Of a stretch of 64,000 nt of DNA, positions 27,173 through 38,596 are shown piece by piece. This DNA is from Candidatus Multivoradales bacterium. GTDB taxonomy: Bacteria > Acidobacteriota > Thermoanaerobaculia > Multivoradales > Multivoraceae. Both the position numbers and the translations under genes were made by a program. Where the stretch lies: contig CBDCWI010000002.1 of NCBI GenBank assembly GCA_965223325.1, positions 1,504,001-1,568,000 on the forward strand. Reading direction: 5' to 3'. The notes under the pieces were generated by a model. That model was given only the letters and a program-made list of their open reading frames with translations. It was not told the DNA's origin and made no database searches. Within the stretch, counting starts at the first letter, position 1. Every line of letters begins with the position of its first letter.

Positions 27173-30136
27173 TCAGGGGCTAGCGGAAGGCGCCTCGAGA
27201 AGCTCCTCGAGCGGATAGGCGCGCCCGTTCTTGATCGTCGTTTCGACCTCGAGGGTGGCGGCGAGGTCTTCTAATGGGTTGCCGCGCAGAATGACCAGAT
27301 CGGCCAGCTTGCCCTCCTCGATGCTGCCCAGGTCAGAAGCAACACCCACTGCCTCGGCCGCCCACAGGGTCGCCGAGCGTAGAACCTGCCAGGCCGGCAT
27401 TCCGCCTCGCGCGAGCAGCTGGAGCTCGGCGTGTAGACCAAAGCCGTAGGGCACAAAAGGCGAATCGGTACCAGCGGTGACCCGCCCCCCGGCGGCGACG
27501 ATCGCAGCCGGCGTCTTGCCCTGTGCCGCGACTCCTGCTGCAATCATTGGCGCCATGGCCTGTGACCGTGCACGAGTTGCCGCACCCTGGTCGCCATAGA
27601 AGTTCTGGTACTGACGATTGTCGAGCAGCTCGGGCCGTTCGGCAACGAGCAGAAAGTAGCCCGGCAGCACCAGGGTCGGCGTCTGGTTGATGCCCGAACC
27701 GGCGATGATCGCAATCACGTCGCCATAACTGTGGCCCAACGCGCTCACCTTGGGCGAGTAGCCGCGACGACTGGTGGCGCCAATATGTTCGACGGCATCC
27801 ATGCCGCTCTGGGCGGCCGGGAAAATCTCATGCGACGAGGTCGGAATGCCGAGCTCCTGGTGGGCGAAGGCAGCCACTCGTCGCTGCGTGCTGTCTGGCA
27901 GGCGAACGTAGGTCTTGATCATGTCGTAGTCGAGAACCCGGGCGCGCTCGAGAGCCTGCCCGACGTGCGCCGGTGCCGCGGTGCCCTCGGCGACGCTGTA
28001 GTACACCCGGTTGCCGTCGAACAAACGGCCGGAGAAGAACTCGCGCGGCCCGGCACGACGGCCACTTGCCCAGGCTTCACGCCGCTCGAGCGCGTCGTAG
28101 GCGTTGGCACCGGGTTCGCGAACCGAGGTGATGCCAAACGCCAGCCAGGTGCGGCCAAGCTGCTCGCCAAGGCTGACCGATTGGTGGGCGTGCATCTCGA
28201 ACAGGCCAGGAATGACGGTGCGCTCACTGGCGTCGATGACCTCACCGCGGTGGAGCGTCGCGTCATGCGGGCTCACGCGGCGGATGCGGTTGCCGTCGAT
28301 CAGAATGTCGACGTCGCGCTGCAGCGTCTCCGAGCGCCCGTCGAACATTGCACCGGCGTGCACAACGAGGGAGCCTTCGTGCTGCTCCGGCTGCCACTCG
28401 AGGTCGAGGCCAAGGTCAGAGATTTCGCCAGTAGCAATGTCGAGGCGCAGCAAACGATCGCCGGCAAGAAAGACCAGTGCCTCTGAGTCTGCCGTCCAAC
28501 TCGGCTCCTCGGCGAGCTCGGCCGAGAGCGTTCGTGGGGCTCCCGAGATCTGCCGGTCTTCGTCGAGGGTCGCCATCTTGAGCTGACCTTCCTGTAGAAA
28601 GGCCACTCGCGTTCCGTCGGGTGAAAACACCGGCGACAAGAGCGTCAGCTCGGGAGACGGATCGAGCACTATCGGTGGTTCGTCGAACGACGTCACCACG
28701 ATGCCGTAGGTGCCCTCCCGAAAGCGGGTCGAGTCGGGCTGGAGAGCCGAGATCGCAACGGTGTCGTGATCGAGCCAGGAGATCGGTGTTGGCTGGGTGG
28801 GCCTGGGCAAGAGCACCCGGGTTTCTCCGCTCTCGAGGTGAAGGTCGCTGAGCGAGCCACCGAGCGGATTACCCGGGATCGGTGCGAAGTATGCGATGCG
28901 CTCACCATTGGGCGAGAAGACCGCGAAGGTCAGTCCTACTTCGTCCGAGACACGCGTCTCCTGGCCACTTTCGAAATCGCGCACGAACAGACGCATCGGC
29001 CCTTCACGGTCGCTGCTGTAGATCAGGCGCTTGCCATCGGGCGACCACTTCGGTGCCACTTCGACGAAGGGGTCGTCGGTGAGCTGGCGGGTCTTCTTGT
29101 CTTCGAGGATCCAGAGGTCACCCAGAGCGCCGAAGACGACTCGTTTGCCATCGGGTGACACTGCCGGCGTTAGAATCCCGAGCGAGCGTCTCTTGGCAGC
29201 AGAATCGAAGTCACGCTGGCGACGCGTATAGGGCTCACGATCGAACGACAGGGTGGCCTTCCAGGGAACGGTCTCGGCTCCATCCCGATTCAGGTTTCCC
29301 CGTTTGAGAAGGCCGTCGCCGGTATAGACGAACTCGCCATCACCGAGCCAGGCGGCGCGAAACGGGAAGACATCTTCGCCCGCTGCGGTGATCGCTGTCC
29401 CCGTTCGAGACCCCAGGTCGACTCGCATGAGCTTGGTTTGGCTCGCCCGACGGTCGTAGCTCTGAACGAGAAGCGCCCTACCGTCTGGCGAAGCAGAGGT
29501 CCCCGCCAACGCAGCCGTGTCGTCGTAAACCACCGTAGCCTCTCCCGAGCCATCGAGAGGCGCCTCCCAAACGCCAGGCGGGCTGCGCTCGGAAACGAAG
29601 TAGACGGTCGAGCCGTCAGGCGAGAGAGCTGGCGCGAAGTCGTTGGCGGGGTCATGGGTGAGCTGTTTGACCTTCCCCGTTGTCACGTCGAGTACCCAGA
29701 GGTCGTAATTTCCGGCCCGGTCCGAAGAGAACACGACCGAGCCTCCACCCGGCGCCCACACCGGTTCACGATCGTCGACCAGACCATGGGTCAACTGCTC
29801 GAGGCCCTCGCCATCCGGCCCAACGCTCCAGATATGCCAGTTCCCCGAGCGGTAGCTCTGGAAAACGATGCGCGAACCATCCGGAGACCAGGACGGCTGA
29901 CGCGCGTCGCCATAGTGGTCGGTGATCGCCGTGGCATCACCACCGGTGCTCGGAAGAGTCCACAGGGTTCCTTGCAGGTCGATCACTAGCCGGTCACCGC
30001 CCGGCGATGCCGCCACGGCGATGTTGGTTCCGGCACTCAACTCGAGCGTCACGCTGCCCTCCTTCGCCTGGACAGCGAGCGAGTAAAGGGAAAGAAGGGC
30101 CAGGGCGGACGAAAGGACGATGCGGACGGGTGCCAT
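27173..30136 (-). CDS. Secreted amidohydrolase with TolB-like PD40 beta-propellers
   Basis: Signal peptide; repeated P.WSPDG; PGLFEMHAH, AGTDSP, GSIEEGKLADLVIL. Confidence 0.88.
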   Translation of the reverse strand: MAPVRIVLSSALALLSLYSLAVQAKEGSVTLELSAGTNIAVAASPGGDRLVIDLQGTLWTLPSTGGDATAITDHYGDARQPSWSPDGSRIVFQSYRSGNWHIWSVGPDGEGLEQLTHGLVDDREPVWAPGGGSVVFSSDRAGNYDLWVLDVTTGKVKQLTHDPANDFAPALSPDGSTVYFVSERSPPGVWEAPLDGSGEATVVYDDTAALAGTSASPDGRALLVQSYDRRASQTKLMRVDLGSRTGTAITAAGEDVFPFRAAWLGDGEFVYTGDGLLKRGNLNRDGAETVPWKATLSFDREPYTRRQRDFDSAAKRRSLGILTPAVSPDGKRVVFGALGDLWILEDKKTRQLTDDPFVEVAPKWSPDGKRLIYSSDREGPMRLFVRDFESGQETRVSDEVGLTFAVFSPNGERIAYFAPIPGNPLGGSLSDLHLESGETRVLLPRPTQPTPISWLDHDTVAISALQPDSTRFREGTYGIVVTSFDEPPIVLDPSPELTLLSPVFSPDGTRVAFLQEGQLKMATLDEDRQISGAPRTLSAELAEEPSWTADSEALVFLAGDRLLRLDIATGEISDLGLDLEWQPEQHEGSLVVHAGAMFDGRSETLQRDVDILIDGNRIRRVSPHDATLHRGEVIDASERTVIPGLFEMHAHQSVSLGEQLGRTWLAFGITSVREPGANAYDALERREAWASGRRAGPREFFSGRLFDGNRVYYSVAEGTAAPAHVGQALERARVLDYDMIKTYVRLPDSTQRRVAAFAHQELGIPTSSHEIFPAAQSGMDAVEHIGATSRRGYSPKVSALGHSYGDVIAIIAGSGINQTPTLVLPGYFLLVAERPELLDNRQYQNFYGDQGAATRARSQAMAPMIAAGVAAQGKTPAAIVAAGGRVTAGTDSPFVPYGFGLHAELQLLARGGMPAWQVLRSATLWAAEAVGVASDLGSIEEGKLADLVILRGNPLEDLAATLEVETTIKNGRAYPLEELLEAPSASP

Positions 30137-30198
30137 GGCAGCACTCCAGAGGGTTTGCGAACTGAGCGGCGGCGGATCGAACGGGAACGAAGGCCAGA

Positions 30199-31053
30199 CT
30201 ACCGGAGCGCCTCGGGACTCGCTGTGGGTGCCTCCCACAGTCTGATCCAGCCCGACTCGACCTCGAGATCGGCGGCCTCGTAGCCGGCCTCACCAGGGAG
30301 TACGACCTGGTAGGCACCCTGAGGGTCGATGACTCGCACGCGCTTGTACTCGAGGCGCTTCTTGGCCACCGCCATCACCTGGTCGGCCGACTGAAAGCGT
30401 GCCAGGCAGGCAACCAGACGCACCGTCGGTGACATCATCTCCATCTCTCCAGCGGCCCAACGCTCGAGCGCCTCTTGTGGCCTGACCCATTCGGTGTTGA
30501 CGATCTCGCCCGCATCGTGGCTCGCGATCTGATCGCTGGGCTTTCGCGCCACCATGAAGCGGGCGTCGAAGCGACGCGGTGGCCCAGGTGGGGTGATGAA
30601 CCGCGCGACTTCTTCAATCGCGGTGACATCGAGCGACAGTCCGTGCTCGAGCAGCACGTCGGCAAAGGTCGTTTCGTCTTCTAGGACGCGGGCGCGCACC
30701 TCCGCCACCAGCTCGGGCGCCACCGCCTCGGCGGCCAGCAACAGGCCCGCCTCTTCGAGCGTTTCGCGACAGGCAGCGATCCACCACGCCAACCCGCCGC
30801 TTTCTACGCCGAGAATCTCGGAGGCAACGGCGTCGGTAAGGCCCCGGCACAGGCGGTCGAAATCACTCTGGTGATCTGCCGGATCGACCCGTCCGCCAGG
30901 GAACACCCAGCTGTCTGGCGCGAAGACCACACGTGCCGTGCGATGCACCATGAGAACGTGCAGGTCGGGCCGGTCGTCAACCAGCATGACGGTCGCCGCC
31001 GGGCTGACCTCGACCGCGTCGGGACCCGAACCTTTCTCGTCTACAGGCTGCAA
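30199..31053 (-). CDS. NUDIX hydrolase (NudT19-like)
   Basis: PAATVMLV, VFPGGRVDPAD, ACRETLEEAGL, ITPPGPPRRFDARF. Confidence 0.85.
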   Translation of the reverse strand: MQPVDEKGSGPDAVEVSPAATVMLVDDRPDLHVLMVHRTARVVFAPDSWVFPGGRVDPADHQSDFDRLCRGLTDAVASEILGVESGGLAWWIAACRETLEEAGLLLAAEAVAPELVAEVRARVLEDETTFADVLLEHGLSLDVTAIEEVARFITPPGPPRRFDARFMVARKPSDQIASHDAGEIVNTEWVRPQEALERWAAGEMEMMSPTVRLVACLARFQSADQVMAVAKKRLEYKRVRVIDPQGAYQVVLPGEAGYEAADLEVESGWIRLWEAPTASPEALR

Positions 31054-31077
31054 GAGATTTCCACAGAGTGCCGCAGG

Positions 31078-32049
31078 TCAGGTGAGAAGCGCCTCACTCA
31101 TCTCCCAGAGGCGCTCCGCCGCCTCATCGTTCACCGCGTGCTCGTCGACGCCTGTGAAGCGGGCCATCGGGCTCTCGGGGTCGGTCGGGGCGGCGATGTC
31201 ACAGTCTTCACAGTAAACGCCCGGCTTGCCGACGAGCTGCGGCGCAGAGGCAGCCCACAGCGTCGTAGCGCAACCTTGTTCGGGAGTCTTGAAACCTTGC
31301 TCTGCGAGCGGCGAGGGGGAACCGTCTTCGTTCAACCATCCGAGCTGTACCTGCTCCGCGAGCGAGAGATGCCGTTGGAGGGGCGTGAAGATACCTCCCG
31401 GATGAACAGAGAACGCGAGACCGCCGTCGCCAGCGAGACGACGACTGAGCGCGTTGGCAAACAGGGCGTTGGCGGTCTTGGATTGACCGTAGGCGACCCA
31501 TTTCTCGTAGGCAGAGCTCTCGAACTGGGGGTCGTCCCAACGGACGTCGCTGATCTTGTGACCGGTCGAGGACAGTGCGACAACGCGAGCAGCACCCGCT
31601 TTTCTGAGGACCGGTAGAAGCCCCTCTGTAAGCGCCATGTGGCCAAGGTGGTTGGTACCGAACTGCGCCTCCCAGCCGGGGCCGATTCGGGTGAGCGGAC
31701 AGGCCATGATGCCGGCGTTGTTGATCAGAAGATCGAGGCCCTCGAGCTCCTGGCAGGTGTCACTGGCGAACTTCGCAACCGACCCGAGGTCTCCCAAGTC
31801 CATTGCCGCAACGGTGATGTCTCCCTCCAGCTCGCTGAGGTTCTTTCGTGCCTTGTCCTCGGAGCGCGCCGGAACCAGGATTCGCACACCCTTCTCGGCC
31901 AGCGCACGCACGGTTTCGAGGCCGATCCCGCTGTAGCCACCGGTCACCACCGCTGTCTTGCCAGCCAGATCGATATTGGAGAGCACATCTCGACCGGTCG
32001 GACGTGCAGCGTAGCCTGAGCCAACCGGTTTCTGATCTGCAAGCGCCAT
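31078..32049 (-). CDS. SDR oxidoreductase (retinol dehydrogenase-like)
   Basis: TGGYSGIG, NNAGIM, YGQSK. Confidence 0.92.
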   Translation of the reverse strand: MALADQKPVGSGYAARPTGRDVLSNIDLAGKTAVVTGGYSGIGLETVRALAEKGVRILVPARSEDKARKNLSELEGDITVAAMDLGDLGSVAKFASDTCQELEGLDLLINNAGIMACPLTRIGPGWEAQFGTNHLGHMALTEGLLPVLRKAGAARVVALSSTGHKISDVRWDDPQFESSAYEKWVAYGQSKTANALFANALSRRLAGDGGLAFSVHPGGIFTPLQRHLSLAEQVQLGWLNEDGSPSPLAEQGFKTPEQGCATTLWAASAPQLVGKPGVYCEDCDIAAPTDPESPMARFTGVDEHAVNDEAAERLWEMSEALLT

Positions 32050-32224
32050 CTTCTAGTGCTCCACTGTTGTCAGAGGTCTCAGTCTTACACGAAAACCCAG
32101 AGGGTCAGGCTATTGCGCGGCTGGCAGTCGCCGCGGGCGCTCGAGAACCCTCCCCCGTTCGACAACAGACTCGTCGATCTCGGGCACATGACGTCGAGGT
32201 GACCGATCAGTAGGATCTCTCGCC

Positions 32225-32782
32225 ATGAGCGACCTTGGGCAATGGGCCATCCGAAACTGGCGAATCTGGGCGGCAATCGGGATCGGCGTCGTTTCGGTTG
32301 TGGTGGGCGCAACGGTCAGTTTGCCAATGGTGCCGGTCCCTATGACTCTCCAGTCACTGGCAATCATCGTCATTGGGGGCCTGTGCGGCCCACTCTGGGG
32401 AGTAGCCATCCTGGCGCTCTACCTCGGCCTTGGGGCGCTTGGCCTGCCGGTGTTTGCCAGCGGTGGCTCCGGAGTCGAGGCCTTCTCGAGCTCCGGAGCG
32501 GGCTACCTGTGGAGCTTTCCATTGGCTGCCGCGGTCGCGGGGGTGAGTGAACGACTCGCGCGCCAAGCGGAACACCCATTGCCCTGGCTGACCGCTGGTT
32601 TCGTCTTCGCGCACCTGGTGATCCTCGGCCTCGGCGTCTTTGTCCTGGCCGAAACCCTGGTGCTACGCGAAGCCTTCGCAGTGGGTGCAAGGCCCTTCCT
32701 GCTCGGCGCAGTCATAAAAAGCCTCATCGGGGCGGCCATCGTCACACGAATCGGCTGGCGAATGCCTGCCCTCTCGCGCTGA
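32225..32782 (+). CDS. bioY: Biotin transporter BioY
   Basis: PVPMTLQ, YLGLGALGLPVFA, GYLWSF, hydrophobic; 185 aa. Confidence 0.88.
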   Translation: MSDLGQWAIRNWRIWAAIGIGVVSVVVGATVSLPMVPVPMTLQSLAIIVIGGLCGPLWGVAILALYLGLGALGLPVFASGGSGVEAFSSSGAGYLWSFPLAAAVAGVSERLARQAEHPLPWLTAGFVFAHLVILGLGVFVLAETLVLREAFAVGARPFLLGAVIKSLIGAAIVTRIGWRMPALSR

Positions 32783-32870
32783 TCCTCAGGGCCCGGAGCG
32801 GCTGGCCTCCTCGGTACGGATCAACAGGGGTGTACATTGGCCGGCACACCAGAACGCAAGGAGACCATTC

Positions 32871-34121
<1,251 letters not shown>

Positions 34122-34124
34122 ATC

Positions 34125-34480
34125 GACGGCTCGTCGAGGGAGTTCTTGTCGGCGGCCACCGCGGTGGCTACGATGGTTTCAGCTTCGACATCACCGAGGC
34201 GCCGGTCGATGGCTCGAACCGGCTGGTGGTTAGGGTCTTCGATCCGACCGACGCCGGCACCCGAAGATTGGTCAACGCCACCAGCGGCTGGGCCGACCGC
34301 GGGGTCGGAGACGTAGTGGACATCCATCGCTACCCGAGCCCAGCGAAACCGAAGTGCGAAGAGCAGCGAGCCGGGTTCTCGGCGAGTTCGGCGGCCTCGG
34401 ACTGCCCCTCTCACACAACACCTCTTGCAGAAGGACGGCAACCGGGGCTACCGCGCCTTTCCCACCCGGGTCGAGCTCGG
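34125..34480 (+). pseudogene. Degenerate glycoside hydrolase family 2 fragment
   Basis: GHRGGYDGFSFDIT...RVFDPTD fused to RLVNATSGW..DIHRYP; VLGEFGGLGLP in a second frame (34375); GNRGYRAF in a third frame (34428); no start codon. Confidence 0.7.
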
Positions 34481-34614
34481 CGCCGCCAACCATAACTTGA
34501 TAGAGAAACTCGCACCAATGGTGGGCGAGGGATTGGCAGCTGCGACCGGGAGAGCGCTACGAGCACACCACGGTCTACCGCTTCAGTACCCGCTGACAGG
34601 CTAGGCTCGCGCGC

Positions 34615-35127
34615 ATGAAGCGCATCTGCCTGATCTCCGACACTCACGGCCACCTCGACGAGATGGTGCAGAAGAAGATCGAGGGCTGCGACGAGATCTG
34701 GCACGCCGGCGACGTGGGGACGACCGCGGTCCTTCGAGCCCTCGAAGCGGAGCTTCCAACGCGTGCCGTCTACGGCAACATCGACGGCGCCGAGCTGCGG
34801 CGCGAACTCCCGCTCGATCTTTCGTTCACCTCCGAACAGGTACGGGTACTGATCACCCATATCGCCGGCCGGGCTGGCCGATACCCGGCCCGCGTCGAAG
34901 CGCTGCTGGAAGAGCACCGGCCACAGCTGTTCATCTGCGGCCATTCGCACATCCTCCAGATCGCCCGCGCTCCTTGTGCCGCCGCAGCGGACGGCAAGCT
35001 CCTGCATGTCAATCCGGGAGCCTGCGGCAATTCAGGCCTTCACAAGGTCAAGACGCTGGTGCGTTTCACCGTCGACGACGGCGAGATCCGCGACATGGAA
35101 GCCGTCGAGTGGCCGCGGAACGTCTAG
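34615..35127 (+). CDS. Metallophosphoesterase (YfcE/MJ0936-like)
   Basis: ISDTHG, HAGD, GNID, GHSH, NPGACG. Confidence 0.9.
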   Translation: MKRICLISDTHGHLDEMVQKKIEGCDEIWHAGDVGTTAVLRALEAELPTRAVYGNIDGAELRRELPLDLSFTSEQVRVLITHIAGRAGRYPARVEALLEEHRPQLFICGHSHILQIARAPCAAAADGKLLHVNPGACGNSGLHKVKTLVRFTVDDGEIRDMEAVEWPRNV

Positions 35128-35146
35128 AAACCGCTACGGCGTCCCC

Positions 35147-36094
35147 TTACCGGTCGCGTTGCTGAAGCCAGGCCCGCATCGTCTGCGACACCATGTCCGC
35201 GGCCTCCCACTGCACGAAATGGCCGGCGCTCGGAATCGAAACCAGGGTGTAGTCGGCGTCGATCCAGTCCCACGTGTTCTTTAGACCGTCTTTGTCGACT
35301 GCGGTGTCTTTGAGCCCATGGAACTGGAGCACCGGCATCGGCAGGTTCGGGAGCTCGACACCATCGCCCGAGATGCGGCCGTAATTGGCGCGGTAGTAGT
35401 TCACCATGCCATCGTACGACGAGCGCTCATAGGCCTCGCGGTAGCGGGCGCCGATGACGTCACCCATGCGACTGCTCATCGCCATGATCTGCGGCGGCAC
35501 CGGCGAGCCGTCGGGCTCGGAGGATGCAAACCTCTTGGCGTACTCGACGTTCTTGGCCTGCTCTGGGGTGGGATCCGCCACCACCGCGGCGTAGCCCTTG
35601 GGATGGGTGAGGTTGAGAATCACCAGGCGCTCGACCATCTCGGGGTGGTTCATCGCGAAGTTCCAGGCAATCGCACCGCCCCAGTCGTGCCCGACGAGAG
35701 TGACCTTCTCGGCTCCCATGTCCTCGATCACCGCTTTGACGTCGGTGAGAATGAGGGGCAGCGCGTAGTTCTCGACACCTTCGGGTTGCCCCGAGCGGTT
35801 GTAGCCGCGCAGGTCTAGTGCGGCGGTCTTGTAGTCACGAGACAGCACGTCCATCTGGTTGCGCCACGAGTACCAGAAGTCCGGAAAGCCATGCACGAAG
35901 AGCACCGGCTTGCCCTCGCCAAGCGTGACGTAGTGAATCTCGACGTCACCGTTCGGGGCCATCTTGTGATCGACGCGCTCCCAGACATCGACCCCGTCGG
36001 CGGCTGCAATGCCGGCAAAGGACAACAACAAGAAGGCCACCACCGCGAAAACGGCGAACGGACTGGCCAGGGGGGTTCTCAGGGATCGTCGCAT
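35147..36094 (-). CDS. Alpha/beta hydrolase (epoxide hydrolase-like) with signal peptide
   Basis: HGFPDFWYSW, GHDWGG, NYYRAN, GHFVQ; N-terminal hydrophobic stretch ending AAA. Confidence 0.88.
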   Translation of the reverse strand: MRRSLRTPLASPFAVFAVVAFLLLSFAGIAAADGVDVWERVDHKMAPNGDVEIHYVTLGEGKPVLFVHGFPDFWYSWRNQMDVLSRDYKTAALDLRGYNRSGQPEGVENYALPLILTDVKAVIEDMGAEKVTLVGHDWGGAIAWNFAMNHPEMVERLVILNLTHPKGYAAVVADPTPEQAKNVEYAKRFASSEPDGSPVPPQIMAMSSRMGDVIGARYREAYERSSYDGMVNYYRANYGRISGDGVELPNLPMPVLQFHGLKDTAVDKDGLKNTWDWIDADYTLVSIPSAGHFVQWEAADMVSQTMRAWLQQRDR

Positions 36095-36296
36095 CGCTCT
36101 CTCCTCGTGCCGATCGGCTGCAAGCCGAACTGGCGTGTTCGGGGTGGTCAGGTACCAGCATAGCGGCTCCGACCAGGTCATTCGAACTGCCTGACGGACA
36201 CTGCTAGAGTGCCTGCTCCTGCCGCTTCGGCGGCACCTCTCCCCTGCGCGAGGGTTCGCCGACCCCCCAACCTCAAGAAAACCGAACCCTCTCTCG

Positions 36297-38132
36297 ATGA
36301 CGGCTGTCCTCGGCGTTTCTGCCTACTACCACGACTCCGCGGCGGCACTCCTGGTCGACGGCGAGATCGTCGCTGCCGCTCAGGAGGAGCGCTTCTCGCG
36401 CATCAAACACGACTGGCGGTTCCCCAGCCGCGCCATCGCCCACTGCCTCGAGAGTGCAGGGCTCGAAGCAGCCGACCTCGACCTCGTCGGCTTTTACGAC
36501 AAGCCGCTCCTCAAGTTCGACCGTCTGCTCGAGACCTACGTCTCCTACGCGCCGGCCGGGTTCCGATCGTTTAGAAGGGCGATGCCACTGTGGCTCAATC
36601 GCAAGCTGCACCTGCCCCGTGAACTGCGCCGCGAGCTCGGCGGCGCCTACAAGAAGCGATTCGTTTTCCTGGAGCATCACCAGTCGCATGCCGCCAGCGC
36701 GTTCTTTCCCTCACCCTTCGAAGAGGCCGCGATCTTGACGCTCGATGGCGTCGGCGAGTGGGCCACCGCCAGCTTCGGGACCGGACGAGGCAACCGCATC
36801 GAGCTTTCGCACGAGCTCCACTTTCCGCACTCGCTGGGGCTCCTCTACTCCGCCTTCACCTACTTCTGCGGCTTCAAGGTCAACTCGGGGGAGTACAAAC
36901 TCATGGGCCTCGCGCCCTACGGCGAGCCGCGCTACAAAGAGGTCATCCTCGACGAGCTGCTCGACCTGCGCGACGACGGCTCCTTTGCTCTCGACATGTC
37001 GTTCTTCAACTACTGCCAGGGTCTCACCATGACGTCGAAGCGCTTCGATGCGCTCTTCGACGGACCACCGCGCAGTCCCGAAACGCGGCTCACCCAACGC
37101 GAGATGGATCTCGCCGCTTCGGTGCAGGCAGTCACCGAAGACGTCGTTCTCGCCATCGGCCGTTTCGTTCACCAGACAACCAGTCTTGCCAATCTCTGCC
37201 TTGCCGGCGGGGTGGCTCTCAACTGCGTGGCCAACGGCAGGCTGCTACGCGAGGGGCCATACGAGAACATCTGGATTCAGCCCGCCGCCGGAGATGCGGG
37301 GGGCGCGCTCGGTACCGCCCAGTTCATCTGGCATCAACTCCAGAGCGGCGAACGACGGGTCAACCCAACCAGCGACTCGCAGAAGGGCTCGTTGCTCGGC
37401 CCGAGTTACGACACCGAGCGCGACATCGTGCCCTTCCTCGACAGCCAGGGCGCGGTCTACCGAACCTTCGACGACCGCAACGCGCTCTCCGAACATGTCG
37501 CAGGGCTCCTGGCCAGCGAAAACGTCGTCGGCTGGTTTCAAGGTCGGATGGAATTCGGCCCGCGTGCGCTGGGGAGTCGCAGCATTCTCGGCGACCCGCG
37601 CAGCCCGGCCATGCAGTCGGTGATGAATCTCAAAATCAAGTTCCGGGAGTCTTTTCGCCCCTTCGCTCCTTCGGTGCTCCGGAGCCGGGTCTCGGAGTTC
37701 TTCTCGATGCGTGACCGGGAGGACAGTCCCTACATGCTCCTGGTCGCGCCGGTACAGGAGAGTAAGCGCCTGGACTCCGAGGAGACTCGAGAAGGACTCG
37801 ACAAGCTCAAGACCGAGCGTTCCGTCGTTCCCGCGATCACGCATGTCGACTACTCGGCGCGTGTGCAGACCGTCGACCCAGAGCGGCACCCGGCATACCA
37901 CCAACTGATCTTGGCCTTCGAACGTCAGACGGGGTGCCCGCTCTTGATCAACACCAGTTTCAATGTGCGCGGCGAGCCCATCGTTTGCACACCTGAAGAC
38001 GCCCTTCGCTGCTTCATGGCCACCGATATGGACGTTCTGGTGCTCGAGCACGCGGTGCTCGAGAAAAGCGAGCAGACCGGCACCGAGAACTGGAAACGTG
38101 ACGAGTACCTGGCGCAGTTCGAGTTGGACTGA
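36297..38132 (+). CDS. Carbamoyltransferase (NodU/CmcH/SxtI family)
   Basis: YHDSAAAL, QEERFSR, HHQSHAASAF, DGVGE, GEYKLMGLAPYG, EFGPRALGSRSIL, NTSFNVRGEP. Confidence 0.95.
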   Translation: MTAVLGVSAYYHDSAAALLVDGEIVAAAQEERFSRIKHDWRFPSRAIAHCLESAGLEAADLDLVGFYDKPLLKFDRLLETYVSYAPAGFRSFRRAMPLWLNRKLHLPRELRRELGGAYKKRFVFLEHHQSHAASAFFPSPFEEAAILTLDGVGEWATASFGTGRGNRIELSHELHFPHSLGLLYSAFTYFCGFKVNSGEYKLMGLAPYGEPRYKEVILDELLDLRDDGSFALDMSFFNYCQGLTMTSKRFDALFDGPPRSPETRLTQREMDLAASVQAVTEDVVLAIGRFVHQTTSLANLCLAGGVALNCVANGRLLREGPYENIWIQPAAGDAGGALGTAQFIWHQLQSGERRVNPTSDSQKGSLLGPSYDTERDIVPFLDSQGAVYRTFDDRNALSEHVAGLLASENVVGWFQGRMEFGPRALGSRSILGDPRSPAMQSVMNLKIKFRESFRPFAPSVLRSRVSEFFSMRDREDSPYMLLVAPVQESKRLDSEETREGLDKLKTERSVVPAITHVDYSARVQTVDPERHPAYHQLILAFERQTGCPLLINTSFNVRGEPIVCTPEDALRCFMATDMDVLVLEHAVLEKSEQTGTENWKRDEYLAQFELD

Positions 38133-38137
38133 AGGCG

Positions 38138-38551
38138 ATGATCGAAATCAATCGAAACCCCTCGCGGAAGGCACTGCTCCAGTTCAGCTTGATCTGGTTT
38201 CCGGCGTTTTGCGCCCTGGTGGGCCTTTTTCTCTGGCACCGCTTCGGGCTCGAGCAACCGGCCCGTCTGGTGTGGGGAGGCGGAGCCGTGCTGGCTGTTC
38301 TCGCTGCCCTCATGAGACCCCTGGCGCGCGGGCTCTACCTTGGCCTGACCTTTCTCACCTACCCCATCGGCTGGGTACTGTCGCACTTGATCCTCTTTCT
38401 TCTATTCTTCGCTGTGGTCACCCCGATTGGCCTCGCCATGCGCCTCTTTGGCAAGGACCCGCTCGCCAAAGGGCCCGATCCCACCAGATCGACCTACTGG
38501 ATCGAGCGCACCGACCCCACCGACCCCGAGCGCTACTTCCGACAGTCCTAG
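38138..38551 (+). CDS. SxtJ family membrane protein
   Basis: TM segments, TPIGLAMRLFGKDPL...STYWIER, directly downstream of the carbamoyltransferase. Confidence 0.82.
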   Translation: MIEINRNPSRKALLQFSLIWFPAFCALVGLFLWHRFGLEQPARLVWGGGAVLAVLAALMRPLARGLYLGLTFLTYPIGWVLSHLILFLLFFAVVTPIGLAMRLFGKDPLAKGPDPTRSTYWIERTDPTDPERYFRQS

Positions 38552-38596
38552 CGGCCCAGCACCCAACAAGCGCCTCACGACGGAGACCCACTCGAC

